NCBI GenBank assembly: GCA_043228905.1
Contig: JBHGNT010000013.1
Span: forward strand, 14,074,001 to 14,138,000
Direction: 5' to 3'
Source: Azolla caroliniana
Taxonomy: Eukaryota; Plantae; Polypodiophyta
DNA: 64,000 nucleotides
Below are positions 1 to 11,534 of the stretch, piece after piece; position 1 is the first letter of the stretch, and the number at the start of each line of letters is the position of its first letter. A program made the translations under genes and the position numbers. Under the pieces are notes generated by a model, which was not told where the DNA came from, ran no database searches, and was given only the letters and a program-made list of their open reading frames with translations.

Positions 1-617
1 CCGTTATCCGCCCATTCTCGCCGTTTGTCGAAACGGCCACAGACCTTCCTGACAGCCGCCCAGTCCGTAGTGAGCCCGTCTTCGGTTTCCAGCAAGAGGC
101 CCACGTGCTCCCGATCCCGTTCGTCGACCGACTTGACAAACAGCAAGACCCGGCTCGTGTCCAGGATGGTTCGGTCGAGCGCCGAAAGGCGCGCAAAGTT
201 TTCCTCGAACTCCCGGAGGAGCGCCGACGCGTTTCTTCCCTTCCCCGGGGACTCCACCCATTCCATGAACCTTCGCTTCGAAAGCCGGAGCGCGTCGTCC
301 AGCCCGTATTTCTCTAGGAGCCGACCTTCGAACTCCTCCCAGGTACGGCTCTCCGTCCGCACCTCGAGCACCTCCGCATGGATGCTCGGCATCGCCACTC
401 GGGGAAATCCGGCAAGACGCCTTTCTTCCGGAATGTCCCGCATCAGCATCTCCGCACCGTAGGACGCCAAATACTTCGTGGCATCCTTCCCATCGAACCG
501 GCCGATCGTGCCGATGACCGCCTCAATAGCTCTGTCGAGGGCACCGGTGCTCTCGCGCGCGTTTACAATCCGATCCACGGCCGAAGCCATGGCCTCTGCG
601 AGATCCGACCCCCTCAT
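1..617 (-). CDS. Gypsy gag N-terminal part (open to window edge)
   Basis: Translates MRGSDLAEAMASAVDRIV...IGRFDGKDATKYL...SRVLLFVKSVD...GRFDKRR without stops and is clearly homologous to ORF 10180-10812. Confidence 0.75.
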   Translation of the reverse strand, partial: MRGSDLAEAMASAVDRIVNARESTGALDRAIEAVIGTIGRFDGKDATKYLASYGAEMLMRDIPEERRLAGFPRVAMPSIHAEVLEVRTESRTWEEFEGRLLEKYGLDDALRLSKRRFMEWVESPGKGRNASALLREFEENFARLSALDRTILDTSRVLLFVKSVDERDREHVGLLLETEDGLTTDWAAVRKVCGRFDKRREWADN

Positions 618-639
618 CTTCTGCTCTTCTGCCGCCTCT

Positions 640-657
640 TTCACGTCGGGTTCACCA
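640..657 (-). other. Primer-binding site complementary to tRNA-Trp 3' end
   Basis: The + strand reads TTCACGTCGGGTTCACCA, which matches my recollection of the 3' 18 nt of plant cytosolic tRNA-Trp(CCA) including CCA. It is 4 nt from the LTR end. Confidence 0.8.
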
Positions 658-661
658 AAGA

Positions 662-1445
662 TGTCGAGATATTTCGCAAGTGCGTGTGGAGATGAGGCGG
701 GACCGCGGGGGTCTCGAACCAAAGAGCAAGCGAGGGAGGAGAAAGAGGGAGAACCGGCTACGCAGGACCGGGGGTACACAGGGACACGGCCCTTCAGCAC
801 GGAGAACGCGAACAGACACCGACACAGACAGACGCGAACGACTAAATATGTATATTAACAAAATGGCTAACACGACTACAACCCTCGATGGGGCACAGGT
901 TGGTTACAACCGAACAGGCCGGCGAACAGATGCCGATGCCTGTTCGCTTCGACGCACAAACGGGGTAGCAGGTCGGAGGTGCTGCCGGAAGCACTCGGGC
1001 GTTCCTCGAAACAGCGCGAGCCTCCTCGGAACCCTGCACAGAAAGCTATGGAGCTCAAGAAGGAAGGAAACAGAGAGAGAAGCGTCCAGAAACGGTCCGA
1101 CAGCACTTCGTCCTCTCTGCGCGAGATCTCTGCAACAGCTCTTTCCTGCTCCTTATATAGGCCGACGAGCAGGCCGTCATGTCAGCTTTATTCCCTGTCC
1201 CTTTTGGACAGGGATCCGCTCCGTTCTTCACGCATCCGCGTAGTTACGCCGCCGATTCGTACAGTTCGCGCGCGTGACCGAAAAGACTGTTCGCGCGGTC
1301 TTTGTCTTTACTCGTGTTAGGGCCCGTTCCTGCCGACCATCCTCCTAATTCGATTCTATGTACAACTTGGAGCGTGCGCGCGTGAAGAACCGGTTCCCAC
1401 GCCTTGGTGCGCCGATTCCGCTTATGGACGGTTTTCTTCACGACA
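662..1445 (-). repeat. 5' LTR of gypsy element W
   Basis: TG...CA termini with 5-bp inverted ends and a TATA-like CCTATATAAG on the minus strand near 1155. Shares motifs with LTRs 3060-3744 and 10856-11534. Confidence 0.8.
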
Positions 1446-2589
1446 CCGTTATGCCTTTATGATGATAGGTGACGACGGTCCAAGAATCAGAAACTTTTTC
1501 CGAGACAACCAAGGATCAACGATGGATCGAGGGCATGAAGGAAGAAATGCAGGCTCTATGTAAGAATGAGACATGGGATCTCATCCCTCGTTCCCCACAT
1601 AAGAAAGCGAACAACTGCAGATGGATATATAAAGTGAAATATAATGTTGACGGCTTGGTCAACCGCTAGAAGGCAAGACTCATAGCTAGGGGATACACTC
1701 AAACACACAAAGTCGATTATGAGGAGACCTTTGCCCCAGTGGCAAAGATGACGATTGTTCGGACATTCATTGCTCCAATAGTTGCTAAAGGCTGGCACCT
1801 CCACCAATTGGATGTAAAGAACGCCTTTCTTCAAGGTGAATTAACAGAGGAGGTCTTCATGATTCAACCACTTGGTTTCGAATAGACCAAGCATCCGACT
1901 GCAATCTGCCGACTCAAGAAGCCATTGTACAAACTCAAGCAAGCATTGCGTGCTTGGCACTCGAAGATCACTCAGTATCTTCATCAAATCGGCTTCCGAA
2001 TGTCGAAATAGGATAATTCCCTCTACATCAGAAGCATGTTTGACAACCCGATTGTCATCATCCTATACGTGGATGATCTAGTCATCGGAGGAAAGAATCT
2101 AGCCGATATTAGTAAGGTCAAATCACTCCTATCCGACATATTCAAAATGAAAGACATGCACAAGCTCCATTACTTCCTCAATATAGAAGTAATTAGGACA
2201 CCAATGGGGATTTTGATCTCTCGGCGGCACTACATCCTCAACTTGCTCTACAAGTTCGGGATGACTGAGTGCAAACATTTGTCCACCCTCCTCGATCAAA
2301 ACCTTAAGCTCGATGCCGACTCAGGAACCCAAGAGTGTAAGCCGACTCAATATCGTCAACTGATCGACAACTTAATCTATCTAACCATCACACGACCCAA
2401 CCTTAGTTATCTGATCGGTCTACTTAGTCAATTCATGCAGAAACCTTGGGATGTTCATCTAGATTGCGCTAAGAGAGTACGTGAGTACATCTGTGGGACG
2501 ATTGATTACGACATCATGTATAAGTTGAACACGATTGTTCAACTCGAAGGGTACTCGGATGCAAAGTGGGCCGGTTATAAGGCTGACAG

Positions 2590-3059
2590 TGTCACGACAC
2601 AATGATGTCAAATACGTAGTCAATGAGGATTGAACCTGCAACCTCACATCTACAAAGATGTCATGCTCAACAATTTTGATATGAGCATGCATTTGTATAT
2701 AATGGTTTAGTATTCTATAGTCTAGCATATAGTACATTTTCAAATTAGAATATTCTAGTCGTTAGTATATTCTAAAAATATTGTACGACATATTCTAGAC
2801 GAGTATATTCTACAGATATTTCTCAAGTATATTCTAGAGATATTTAATCTTAGAACATGTATAAATACTTGTAACCTCCTTGGTCCCTTTCAAGGGATTC
2901 AACACCAATCATTGACACATCAATCTAGTATTCTCGTTTCATTCCATCTTGTCTCCTTCTTCATCTTTGTCTTCATTCTCTTATGTCGTTCCTAGCTTGT
3001 CAAGTTCCTCGTAGCCTTGTCATTCGTGCTCCGTCCTAGTCCGCAATTGGTGTGTCCGT
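2590..3059. mobile_element. Solo LTR 'X' (its last bases displaced to 11539-11542 by element Y)
   Basis: Starts TGTCACGACAC; the reconstructed end is GTGTCCGTGA(T/C)A. A 5-bp TSD GACAG occurs at 2585-2589 and 11543-11547, inside the copia RT/RNase H junction. Confidence 0.75.
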
Positions 3060-3300
3060 TGTCGCGTTGTTACGCGCATGCGTAGAGAACGAGGCGGGAC
3101 CACGGGGGCCTTAGACCGAGGAATAACCAAATGAGGGGAGGGGAAGGAAACTAACGATGTAATTCATATGCGCACAGACCCACAGAATCATAGGAATTGC
3201 AACTAACTACAGAACGTGAGATGGAGATAGAACGAATGTTTATGTATATATAAATCAAGGTGTTACAACCGGCAAGTCGGCGAGTGGTGGGCTCCGACGC

Positions 3301-3331
<31 letters not shown>

Positions 3332-3744
3332 ACATGAGATGGAGACTTTGCCGAAAGCACTCAGGCGTCCTGTGGAGCAGAGTCAGCCTCCCGAAACCTG
3401 CACAGAACAATTATGGAGACGACAGAGGAGAGGAGAAGCGCTCGGTTCCAGTCCGGCAACACTTCGTCCTCCACAAAACGCGATATTTTTTTCCTCACTT
3501 CTCCCTCTCTTTTATAGCCCAAGGAGGGAGGCCGTTACCACCCGTTACATCATGTTTATTCCCTGTCCTTTCGGACAGGGATACGCCTCGATTTCCTCCC
3601 TACCGAATGCGTACTACCTAGGATTTTGCCTCATGCGACTTGTACCTATCTACGTACTATATAACAAAACTTGTGCCCACGTGTAAGGGCTGATTTACGC
3701 ACGTTATACCCGGTTTCCGCCCAGGGACGGTTTTCTCCACGACA
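3060..3744 (-). repeat. 3' LTR of element Y
   Basis: About 96-97% identical by eye to 10856-11534 (roughly two dozen substitutions, mostly transitions, plus a 6-nt CA-repeat length difference). Termini TGTCG...CGACA. Confidence 0.92.
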
Positions 3745-3818
3745 TCTGCCTCCGCCTAACCACGCATCCACCGGTATGTGCCAAAATTAGACTCTTGCCG
3801 GAGAAGACCAGCCCACGC

Positions 3819-6800
3819 TTATCCTTCATCTTCCAGATCGGCATTTGTTCCGAGCCGGTCGTTGTCGCTATCTAGGTTGTCTGGGTCCGGTTCAACCTCG
3901 TGCCACTTTTTGAATGCTTTGATCCTTTTCCCCGCCACCGATACTGCCATCCTTGTCCCATCGAGCTCCGCGAGATGGTAGGTCCCGTTGTTGTTGGCGC
4001 TTGTCACCACATACGGCCCGAACCACCTTCTTGCAAACTTCCGCGTTGCCCTATGCTGGTTGTCGAGGTTGTTGTCATATACTAGAACCCAGTCGCCTTC
4101 CTCGATCTTCTTCGATCTCAGTCGGTGAGTTTGGTTAAACCGTCCTTTGTTCTTTACCCTCACCACCCGTAGCTTCTCCGCGGCTCGGTCCACGTCCTCC
4201 GGTCTTCGCTCCAGCTGCCGAATCCGTACCGCTAACGGCTCCTCTTGGCTCGTCTCGTCCTTCCAGTCCACCGTGGCCCACGAGGAGATTGTCTGCTTCG
4301 TTGGCATGATCGGCTTCTGTCTGTACATTAGATCTACCTTTTCCCCGCCACCGATACCGCCATCCTTGTCCCATCGAGCTCCGCGAGATGGTAGGTCCCG
4401 TTGTTGTTGGCGCTTGTCACCACATACGGCCTGAACCACCTTCTTGCAAAATTCCGCGTTGCCCTATGCTGGTTGTCGAGGTTGTTGTCATATACTAGAA
4501 CCCAGTCGCCTTCCTCGATCTTCTTCGATCTCAGTCGGTGAGTCTGGTTAAACCGTCCTTTGTTCTTTACCCTCGCCACTCGTAGCTTCTCCACGGCTCG
4601 GTCCACGTCCTCCGGTCTTCGCTCCAGCTACCGAATCCATACCGCTAACAACTCCTCCTGGCTCATCTCGTCCTTCCAATCCACCGTGGCCCACAAGGAG
4701 ATTGTCTGCTCCGTTGGCATGATCGTCTTATGTCCGTACATTCGCTCTACCAGCATGAACCCGGTTACCGAACTATGCGTGGTTCGGTCCGCCCACAATG
4801 CATAGGGTAAGAGCCGCGGCCAGTTCCCGACATGGCCTCCACACACCCGTACCAACGCTTTGACGATCGGCCCGTGCCCGCGCTCTACCTTCCCGTTAGC
4901 CTCTGGATTGTATATGGTGGTGAGCGAGAGTTTAATCCCTAGCCGGACAAACAACTCTTCCGCCTCTTGTGCGTCCAATTCTCCGCGGCTTCCGCCTCTT
5001 GTGCGTCCAATTCTCCGCGGCCGGCCACGATCTTACCTACACACCCGTACCGGCATACCGCTTCTTCAATCAGAAATCGGCACACGGCTGCGGTCGTTTT
5101 GTTCTGCAACGCTCGACCTTCTACCTGGTTTGTCAGGTCTTCCCGAGCCAACACCAGATACCGCATTTGCCCTGCCCCCATCGGCATCGTCACCAGATCC
5201 ACCATCCACTTGAAGTGGACGGTCGGAGGGTAGGTCGGGTGGAGCTCGTCCCGATGTTGGACTATGGAGTGCACATGACAGCTTTCGCAAGTCGTCACGA
5301 ACCGATGCACGTCCCAGTATAGCCCTGGCCACCAGTACTTCTCCTTTAGCTTCTCGAATGTGGCCCACGTCCCGCGGTGCCCGGCCCAAGGACTCTCGTG
5401 GTACGCCATCAACAATTCTTTCTGTTCCTCTTTCTTCGCCACCACTCGGAGTGGGATGCCGTTTCTCTTCTTCGGGTGCTTCCATATGCTCCCGTCTCGT
5501 AGGAAGAATCGATACGCTTTCTTCTTAATCCAGTTGGTCTCTTCCTTCGTCCATGCTGCGTCCGGTGTCAATGTCTTCAAGAACCCACCGATCTAGAGCC
5601 ACTCCCCGTCGTACTTGCTCTCGTTGAATTCGTTAAGCGCCGGAGTGCTCCCCTTTCTTGTTGTCATGTTAGCTGACCCGAAGAAGTCCTCACCGACTTC
5701 TTCGTTATCTGAAACCATGTCGTCCTCATCGCAGAACCGTGCCCTTGAAAGCCTATCGACAATGGCATTATCTTTTCCGAAGATGTGTCGTATCTCCGGG
5801 TTCAGGGACTTGATGTACGCGATCCACCTGAGCATTGCCAGGTCCGGAGTCGCGCATCCGGAGACCATACCCAGAATCGGTAGGCAGTCCGTCTCTATGA
5901 TCACTTCCGTCCCGATCAGATAGTCGTTGTCGGCCTTGACGGCCGAAACGATACCCCATAGCTTGCACTTGATTTGGGCGTATCCTCGCTACCGCTCGCT
6001 CAATACCTTTGCCCCGAATTGGATCGGGAACTGTACGTCGTCTTCATCTTCCTGATTGATCACCCACCCGATCCCGGTGGGGCTCGTGTCCACCGTCACG
6101 TAAACGGGAACTTCCTTGCCATAAACCGCGTTTCGGAAAGCCGGTGCCACGGTGAGCGACTCCTTCAGTCTCTGGACCGACTCCACGTGCTCCGTCCTCC
6201 ATTCAAACCGGCACCCTTTCTTTAATAACCCGTAAAGCGGTTCCGCGACATTCGTGTAGTGCTGAATCTAGATGTGATAGAACACACACGCCTCAAGGAT
6301 CCTTCGGACCTCCGTGACCGACCCACAATCATCCTTCATCGCGGAGATGGCTTCTACCTTCGTCGGGGACGGCTTCCGGCCGTAGGGCCCGCGCAGGTGT
6401 CCGACTACCAGGATCTCCGGTTGTCCGAAGGCTAAATTTTCTCCGGAGAAGGTGAGCCGCACGCTCTCAAGTCTTTGTAGCACCTTCTCGTAGTCACAGA
6501 TGTGAGCCATCACGAACCTCTGGCAACCGTCGGGCCCGACTGACTCGTCCTTGTCCTCCACCGGACATCCTTTGATCGGGATGTCGTCCAGAAACGGCAT
6601 GGTGATGTCCGAGATGCAGTCCCTCAACACCTTGTTCATCGCATTCACCATGTGCGCCACTGAGTTCGTTCCTCCTTGTGGTAGGGTACACATCCGAACT
6701 AGGCCGAGAGGAGTCCGCATCGTCATGACATCCTTGCTCTCTACGGCTAGCTGGGACTGATTGTAGCCTGAGTACAAGTCCCCGATCGAGTAGATCGACC

Positions 6801-7655
6801 TCCCTACGAAGGCCTCCGCGAACTCATCGATGGTCGGTCCGATACCTGCATTTCGAATGGTCACCTTGTTGACCGGCTGCAGGTCTTGTATGAAGCGCAA
6901 TGTGTCGTTCTTCTTCGGCACGGTAAACCACCGATTCAAATATGGGGCACTCGATGGTTCGAGGATGCCCATCTCCACCTTCTATTTCAGCAGCTCCATC
7001 AGCTTCAGTATGTGAGCTCTGGGTACCAGAATCAGTTTGAGACTCCATGGCACATGCGGTACCGTGAAGATCACCATTGGTTCCACAACCTTGGGTCTAC
7101 ACACCCGATCTCCTCCGGTGAGAATGTGAAAGCCTTCCTGTGCCTCCCGAGCATTCTCCGAAACCGGTCCTCTTCCGTCGGCAGTAGAAAACCACCCCCA
7201 CCGATCTTGAGCTCCCATAGCGTTATGTCGGTGAACGTGTGTCCTATGCTGGCCGGATGTCGTAAACTTGGGTCCGACGCGACCCCCTTTATCCTTAACT
7301 TGTTGCCCTCCGGCAAGGGTGCCGCGACTGGCCTCACCTTCCGGTCCACAGTCTTGTACTTCGTATCCACTCGGGCCGTCCGATCCGACTCGAGTCCACT
7401 ACCGAAGTCGGTGATGACTTCGTACATCTTTTCCGAACATACCGAAATCATCTGGTCCTCATTAAGGCCTTCTCCGAACACCTCCCGTAACTTCCCCAAG
7501 GTGTCGTCGAAAGAGACCGCCTCCACGACTCCATTGATTTCCTCTTCAGGGCCGAGGAATCCGCATGCCCGAAGTCGCTCCTCCGCCCGCTTCTTTTCCC
7601 GGCCAACTACGCCAACTATCGTACAACCACCGCTATCGAAGAACCAAAATTTTCT
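3819..7655 (-). pseudogene. Gypsy pol of element Y (RT, RNase H, integrase), frameshifted
   Basis: RT motifs RWFTVPKK, LPQGGTNS, PFLDDI; RNase H motifs VTVDTS, IETDCLP; integrase motifs GHRG..C..C, VDLV, NPEANGKVERGH, RRWFGPY. Multiple stops and duplications. Confidence 0.9.
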
Positions 7656-7658
7656 ACC

Positions 7659-10212
7659 GCACAAGTCAAAAGAGAACTGTGGGGAGTCGTGTCGGCGATA
7701 AAATCGGATCGGGATTATTTGATCGGAGCCGAAGTGGTGATCGAGACGGATTGTCTTCCAATACTCGGGATGATGTGGTGTTGTACGATACCGGATGTAG
7801 CTATGCTAAGGTGGGTTGCATATGTCAAGTCGCTTAATCCGGAGGTTCGACACATCTCGGGGAAGGACAACGTGATAGCGGATATGTTATCAAGGGCTCG
7901 GTTCGGAGATGACATAACCGAATCGGATAATGAAGAAGTTTCCGAAGACTACTTCGCGTCGGAGCACATATGCCGAGTGAATGTAATCCGAGAATTCCGG
8001 GAAGAAGAATACGAGGGAGAAAGTTTGATGATCAGAAAGATGTTACAAGAGGCCGAGGACTCAACAAACGATAAAGGAAGAAGAGCCGAGATCCGAAGGA
8101 AGAAGAGGCAAGTCCAAAAGTTCTTCTTGGAAAACGGATTAATATGGAGGGCACCGAAAAGACCGGATGGTATACCACTTCGAGTAGTCGGGACAAAAGA
8201 GCAACGAAACCGGATAATGTCCGAGTTTCACGAATCCGATTGGGCTGGACACCGAGGAACATGGGCAACATTTGTGAAGATCAAGCAAAAATATTGGTGG
8301 AAGAAAATGTACAAAGATGTCGTGGAGTTCACGGAAAGCTGCGAGAAATGTCAAGTCTACTCCGGGGTTCGACATCGAGATGAGTTACATCCGACATTCT
8401 CACCGACAATCAACTTCAAGTGGATGGTCGACATTGTGGCCATGCCGACCGGGATCGGACAAAAGAAATACTTGGTATTAGCTCGGGAAGATCTCACGAA
8501 TCAAGTAGAAGGTTGAGCGCTTCAGAGGAAAACGTGTTCCGCGGTATGCCAATTTCTTTTGGAGGAAGTATTTTGCAGGTACGGGTGCGTAGGGCAAGTG
8601 ATTGCGAACCGGGGAGAGCTCGACTCGGACAAAGCTAGGGGATTCTTCGCCAAACACGGAGTTCGGTTATCGCTGACAACGGCATACAATCCGGAGGCCA
8701 ACGGGAAAATCGAACGAGGACATAGTCCGATCGTGAAAGCACTTGCGAAGGCATGCGATGGAAAGGTGAAGGACTGGCCGCAGATGCTTCCGTATGCACT
8801 ATGGGCAGATCGGACGACGCATAGCTCCGTAAACGGTTACATGCCGGCAGAACTCATGACCGGACAAGCACCGGTAATGCCGACGGAAACCGTGATCGCA
8901 ACATGGACAGTGCTACCGTGGAAGGAAGAGATGAGCCGGGAAGAACTACTAGCGGTCCGGATACGACAACTAGAGGGAAGACCGGTAGACATAACGGAAG
9001 CAATATGCCGATAACAAGAAGCACGGTTCCGGAACAAAAGCCGGTTCGACACAAAGCACCGACTACGACCGAGGAGGATTGAAGAAGGAGATTGGGTGAT
9101 CGTCTATGACAGTAGTTTGGACCATCAACATACAACGATGCGGAAATTCGCGAAAAGGTGGTTCGGGCCATACGGGGTTCAGAAAGTCTTCGACAACGGA
9201 ACGTACCGATTGTCCGAGTTGGATGGAACAATACTACGAGTGCCTATAGCCGGGAAGCGGGTGAAGATTTTCAAGAAGCGGACCGACAACAAACCCTATG
9301 TGATCCAAGCCAAGGCCGACAACGAGGAGCAATCAGACGAAGACCACGGTGATGCGGGAAGCGAAGAAAGTGAATTACAACTCATAGTCGACATTAGGGG
9401 AGAATCGGAGGAAGCTTTGGGTGAAGACGGATATGAGGAATCGAGAACTTCGGCACATACCGGAGGATGTGCGGGTTCGGAGGGGGCGAGTGTCGTAGTG
9501 TATTCCACACACTACGTGAAAACCATAAAATAATATATCTGATTTTAGATACATATAAATAAATAAATAATATATCAAAATATTTATCACGTGCATAAGG
9601 CAAGATTCAAACCCTATACCTCCACGTAGCCAAACCTCAACTTTACCATCATGCTACCTTATCTTTAGTGTTCTACAAATAGATTTAATAACTATAAGTG
9701 CTTTATTTGTGCCTACCTTTATTAAAAGGTAAATCATGCATTTTTAGAGTGCGTGAATATTTTATGGAAAAACGCAAGCAACTAAAAAGTGACTCATGCA
9801 CATCTAGCGTGCATGAGCACTATATTTAGCAAATAAAAGCAAGGATTAAAAAAGCATCACATGCACATTTAGTGTGCATGAACATATTAGAAAAAAGCAT
9901 GTAGCTATGCTTAGTCTCTCCCATCACTATATAAGGATGGGGAGCACATTGTAGTTATTGTTGATTTTTTTTTCTATAATGATCAATCAATCTAAAATAT
10001 TCGTGGGATTCACGAATTTGCTAAAATAATTCTCTCTTACTACCTAAATATTGACTAAATATACTAAACTCATGGGATTCACAAGATTCTTATCTTATAA
10101 CTCTTTATACCTATTCTTTACTAGCCTTATTTGTATTTTTCTTCCTCCTAGTCCAAAACCTCGGCGGTTCCCACCCGACTCACGCAACGATCCGGAGCCG
10201 AAAGGCACGACA
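7659..10212 (+). mobile_element. 5'-truncated related gypsy element 'Z' inserted in opposite orientation into the gag of Y
   Basis: The + strand carries RNase H C-terminus and integrase (ORFs 7689-8516, 8559-9014, 9096-9533), PPT GAGGGGGCGAG at 9480-9490, and LTR 9491-10212 (TGTCGT...ACGACA). The right flank GCGC resumes Y gag. Confidence 0.85.
9491..10212 (+). repeat. 3' LTR of element Z
   Basis: Follows the PPT, has 6-bp inverted termini, and contains CTATATAAGG at ~9927. Confidence 0.75.
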
Positions 10213-10812
10213 GCGCCGCTTGTCGAAACGACCGCAAACCCTCCTTACCATGGCCCAGTTTGTCGTGAGCCCTTCATCCGTTTCCAACAGGAGATCCACC
10301 TTCTCCCGGTCCATGGCGTCCACCGACTTGACGAATAGTAGTACCCGGCTTGTATCGAGCACGGTTCGGTCCAACGTCGACAGCCGTGCGAACCGTTTTT
10401 CGAACTCTTGGAGGAGTGCCGACATGTTCCTCCCCTTCCCAGGGCTCTCAACCCACGCCATGAAGTCTCGCTTGGACAGCCAAAGCGAGTCATCGAACCC
10501 ATACATCTCGAGGAGCCGCAACTCGAACTCCTCCCAAGTCTGGCATCCGGCGAGCACCTCGAGCACCTCTGCGTGGATGATGGGCGTCACCACCCGAGGG
10601 AATCCGGACAGCCGCATGTACACCGAGATATCCCTCATGATCATTTCGGCCCGATAGGCCTCCAAGTAGCTCGTGGCATTCTTCCCACCGAATCGACCTA
10701 TGGTGCCGACGATCGACTCAATGGCCCTATCGAGGGCACCCGTTCCCTCGCGAGTGCTCACTAGCCGGTCGACGACTACAACCATAGCTTCAGTAAGCTC
10801 GAATCCCCTCAT
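10213..10812 (-). pseudogene. gag N-terminal part of element Y, interrupted by Z
   Basis: ORF 10180-10812 is homologous to W gag up to GRFDKRR, where the Z LTR begins. Confidence 0.8.
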
Positions 10813-10833
10813 CCTTCACTCCTTTGCCGCCTC

Positions 10834-10851
10834 TTCACGTCGGGTTCACCA
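10834..10851 (-). other. PBS complementary to tRNA-Trp
   Basis: TTCACGTCGGGTTCACCA, identical to 640-657 and 4 nt from the LTR. Confidence 0.8.
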
Positions 10852-10855
10852 AATA

Positions 10856-11534
10856 TGTCACGTTGTTACGGGCGTGTGTAGAGAACGAGGCGGGACCACG
10901 GGGGCCTCAGACCGAGGAATAACCGAATGAGGGGAGGGGAAGGAAACTAACGATGTAATTCACACGCGCACAGACCCACAGAATCACAGGAATTGCAACT
11001 AACTACAGAACGCGAGATGGAGACAAAACGAATGTTTATGTATATATAAATCAAGGTGTTACAACCGGCAAGTCGGCGAGTGGTGGGCTCCGACGCCTGC
11101 ACACACACACACACACACACAACATGAGATGGAGACTTTGCCGAAAGCACTCGGGCATCCTGCGGAGCAGAGTCAGCCTCCCGAAACCTGCACAGAACAA
11201 TTATGGAGATGACAGAGGAGAGGAGAAGCGCTCGGTTCCAGTCCGGCAGCACTTCGTCCTCCACAAAACGCGATATTTTTTTCCTCACTTCTCCCTCTCT
11301 TTTATAGCCCAAGGAGGGAGGCTGTTACCACCCGTTACATCATGTTTATTCCTTGTCCTTTCGGACAGGGATACGGCTCGATTTCCTCCCTACCGAATGC
11401 GTACTACCTAGGATTTTGCCTCAGGCGACTTGTACCTATCTACGTACTATATAACAAAACTTGTGCCCACGTGTAAGGGCTGATTTACGCACGTTATACC
11501 CGGTTTCCGCCCAGTGACAATTTTCTCCACGACA
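10856..11534 (-). repeat. 5' LTR of element Y
   Basis: Direct repeat of 3060-3744. Confidence 0.92.

Larger units (their letters stand above)
1..1445 (-). mobile_element. Ty3/gypsy LTR retrotransposon 'W', 5' end (5' LTR + PBS + gag); runs off the left edge
   Basis: LTR 662-1445 is bounded by TGTCG...CGACA, the PBS lies at 640-657, and a gag frame is open on the minus strand from ATG at 617 to position 1. The right flank (CCGT) resumes copia RT sequence. Confidence 0.85.
3060..11534 (-). mobile_element. Ty3/gypsy LTR retrotransposon 'Y' with both LTRs, rearranged internally
   Basis: LTRs at 3060-3744 and 10856-11534, PBS 10834-10851, PPT-like tract 3745-3757, gag 10213-10812, and RT/RH/INT on the minus strand at 3819-7655. 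The 4-bp TSD is CCGT/CCAT. Confidence 0.92.

Noticed and set aside
640-657. tRNA-Trp gene (also 10834-10851)
   Set aside because: Only the 3' 18 nt including CCA are present, next to an LTR, so this is a primer-binding site.
25-1320. Long + strand ORFs (25-462, 478-858, 680-1243, 979-1320)
   Set aside because: They are antisense shadows of GC-rich gag or chance ORFs in the LTR, with no recognisable motifs.
6886-7701. 271-aa + strand ORF as an extra antisense gene of the retroelement
   Set aside because: It is the antisense shadow of the pol frame and crosses a deletion junction.
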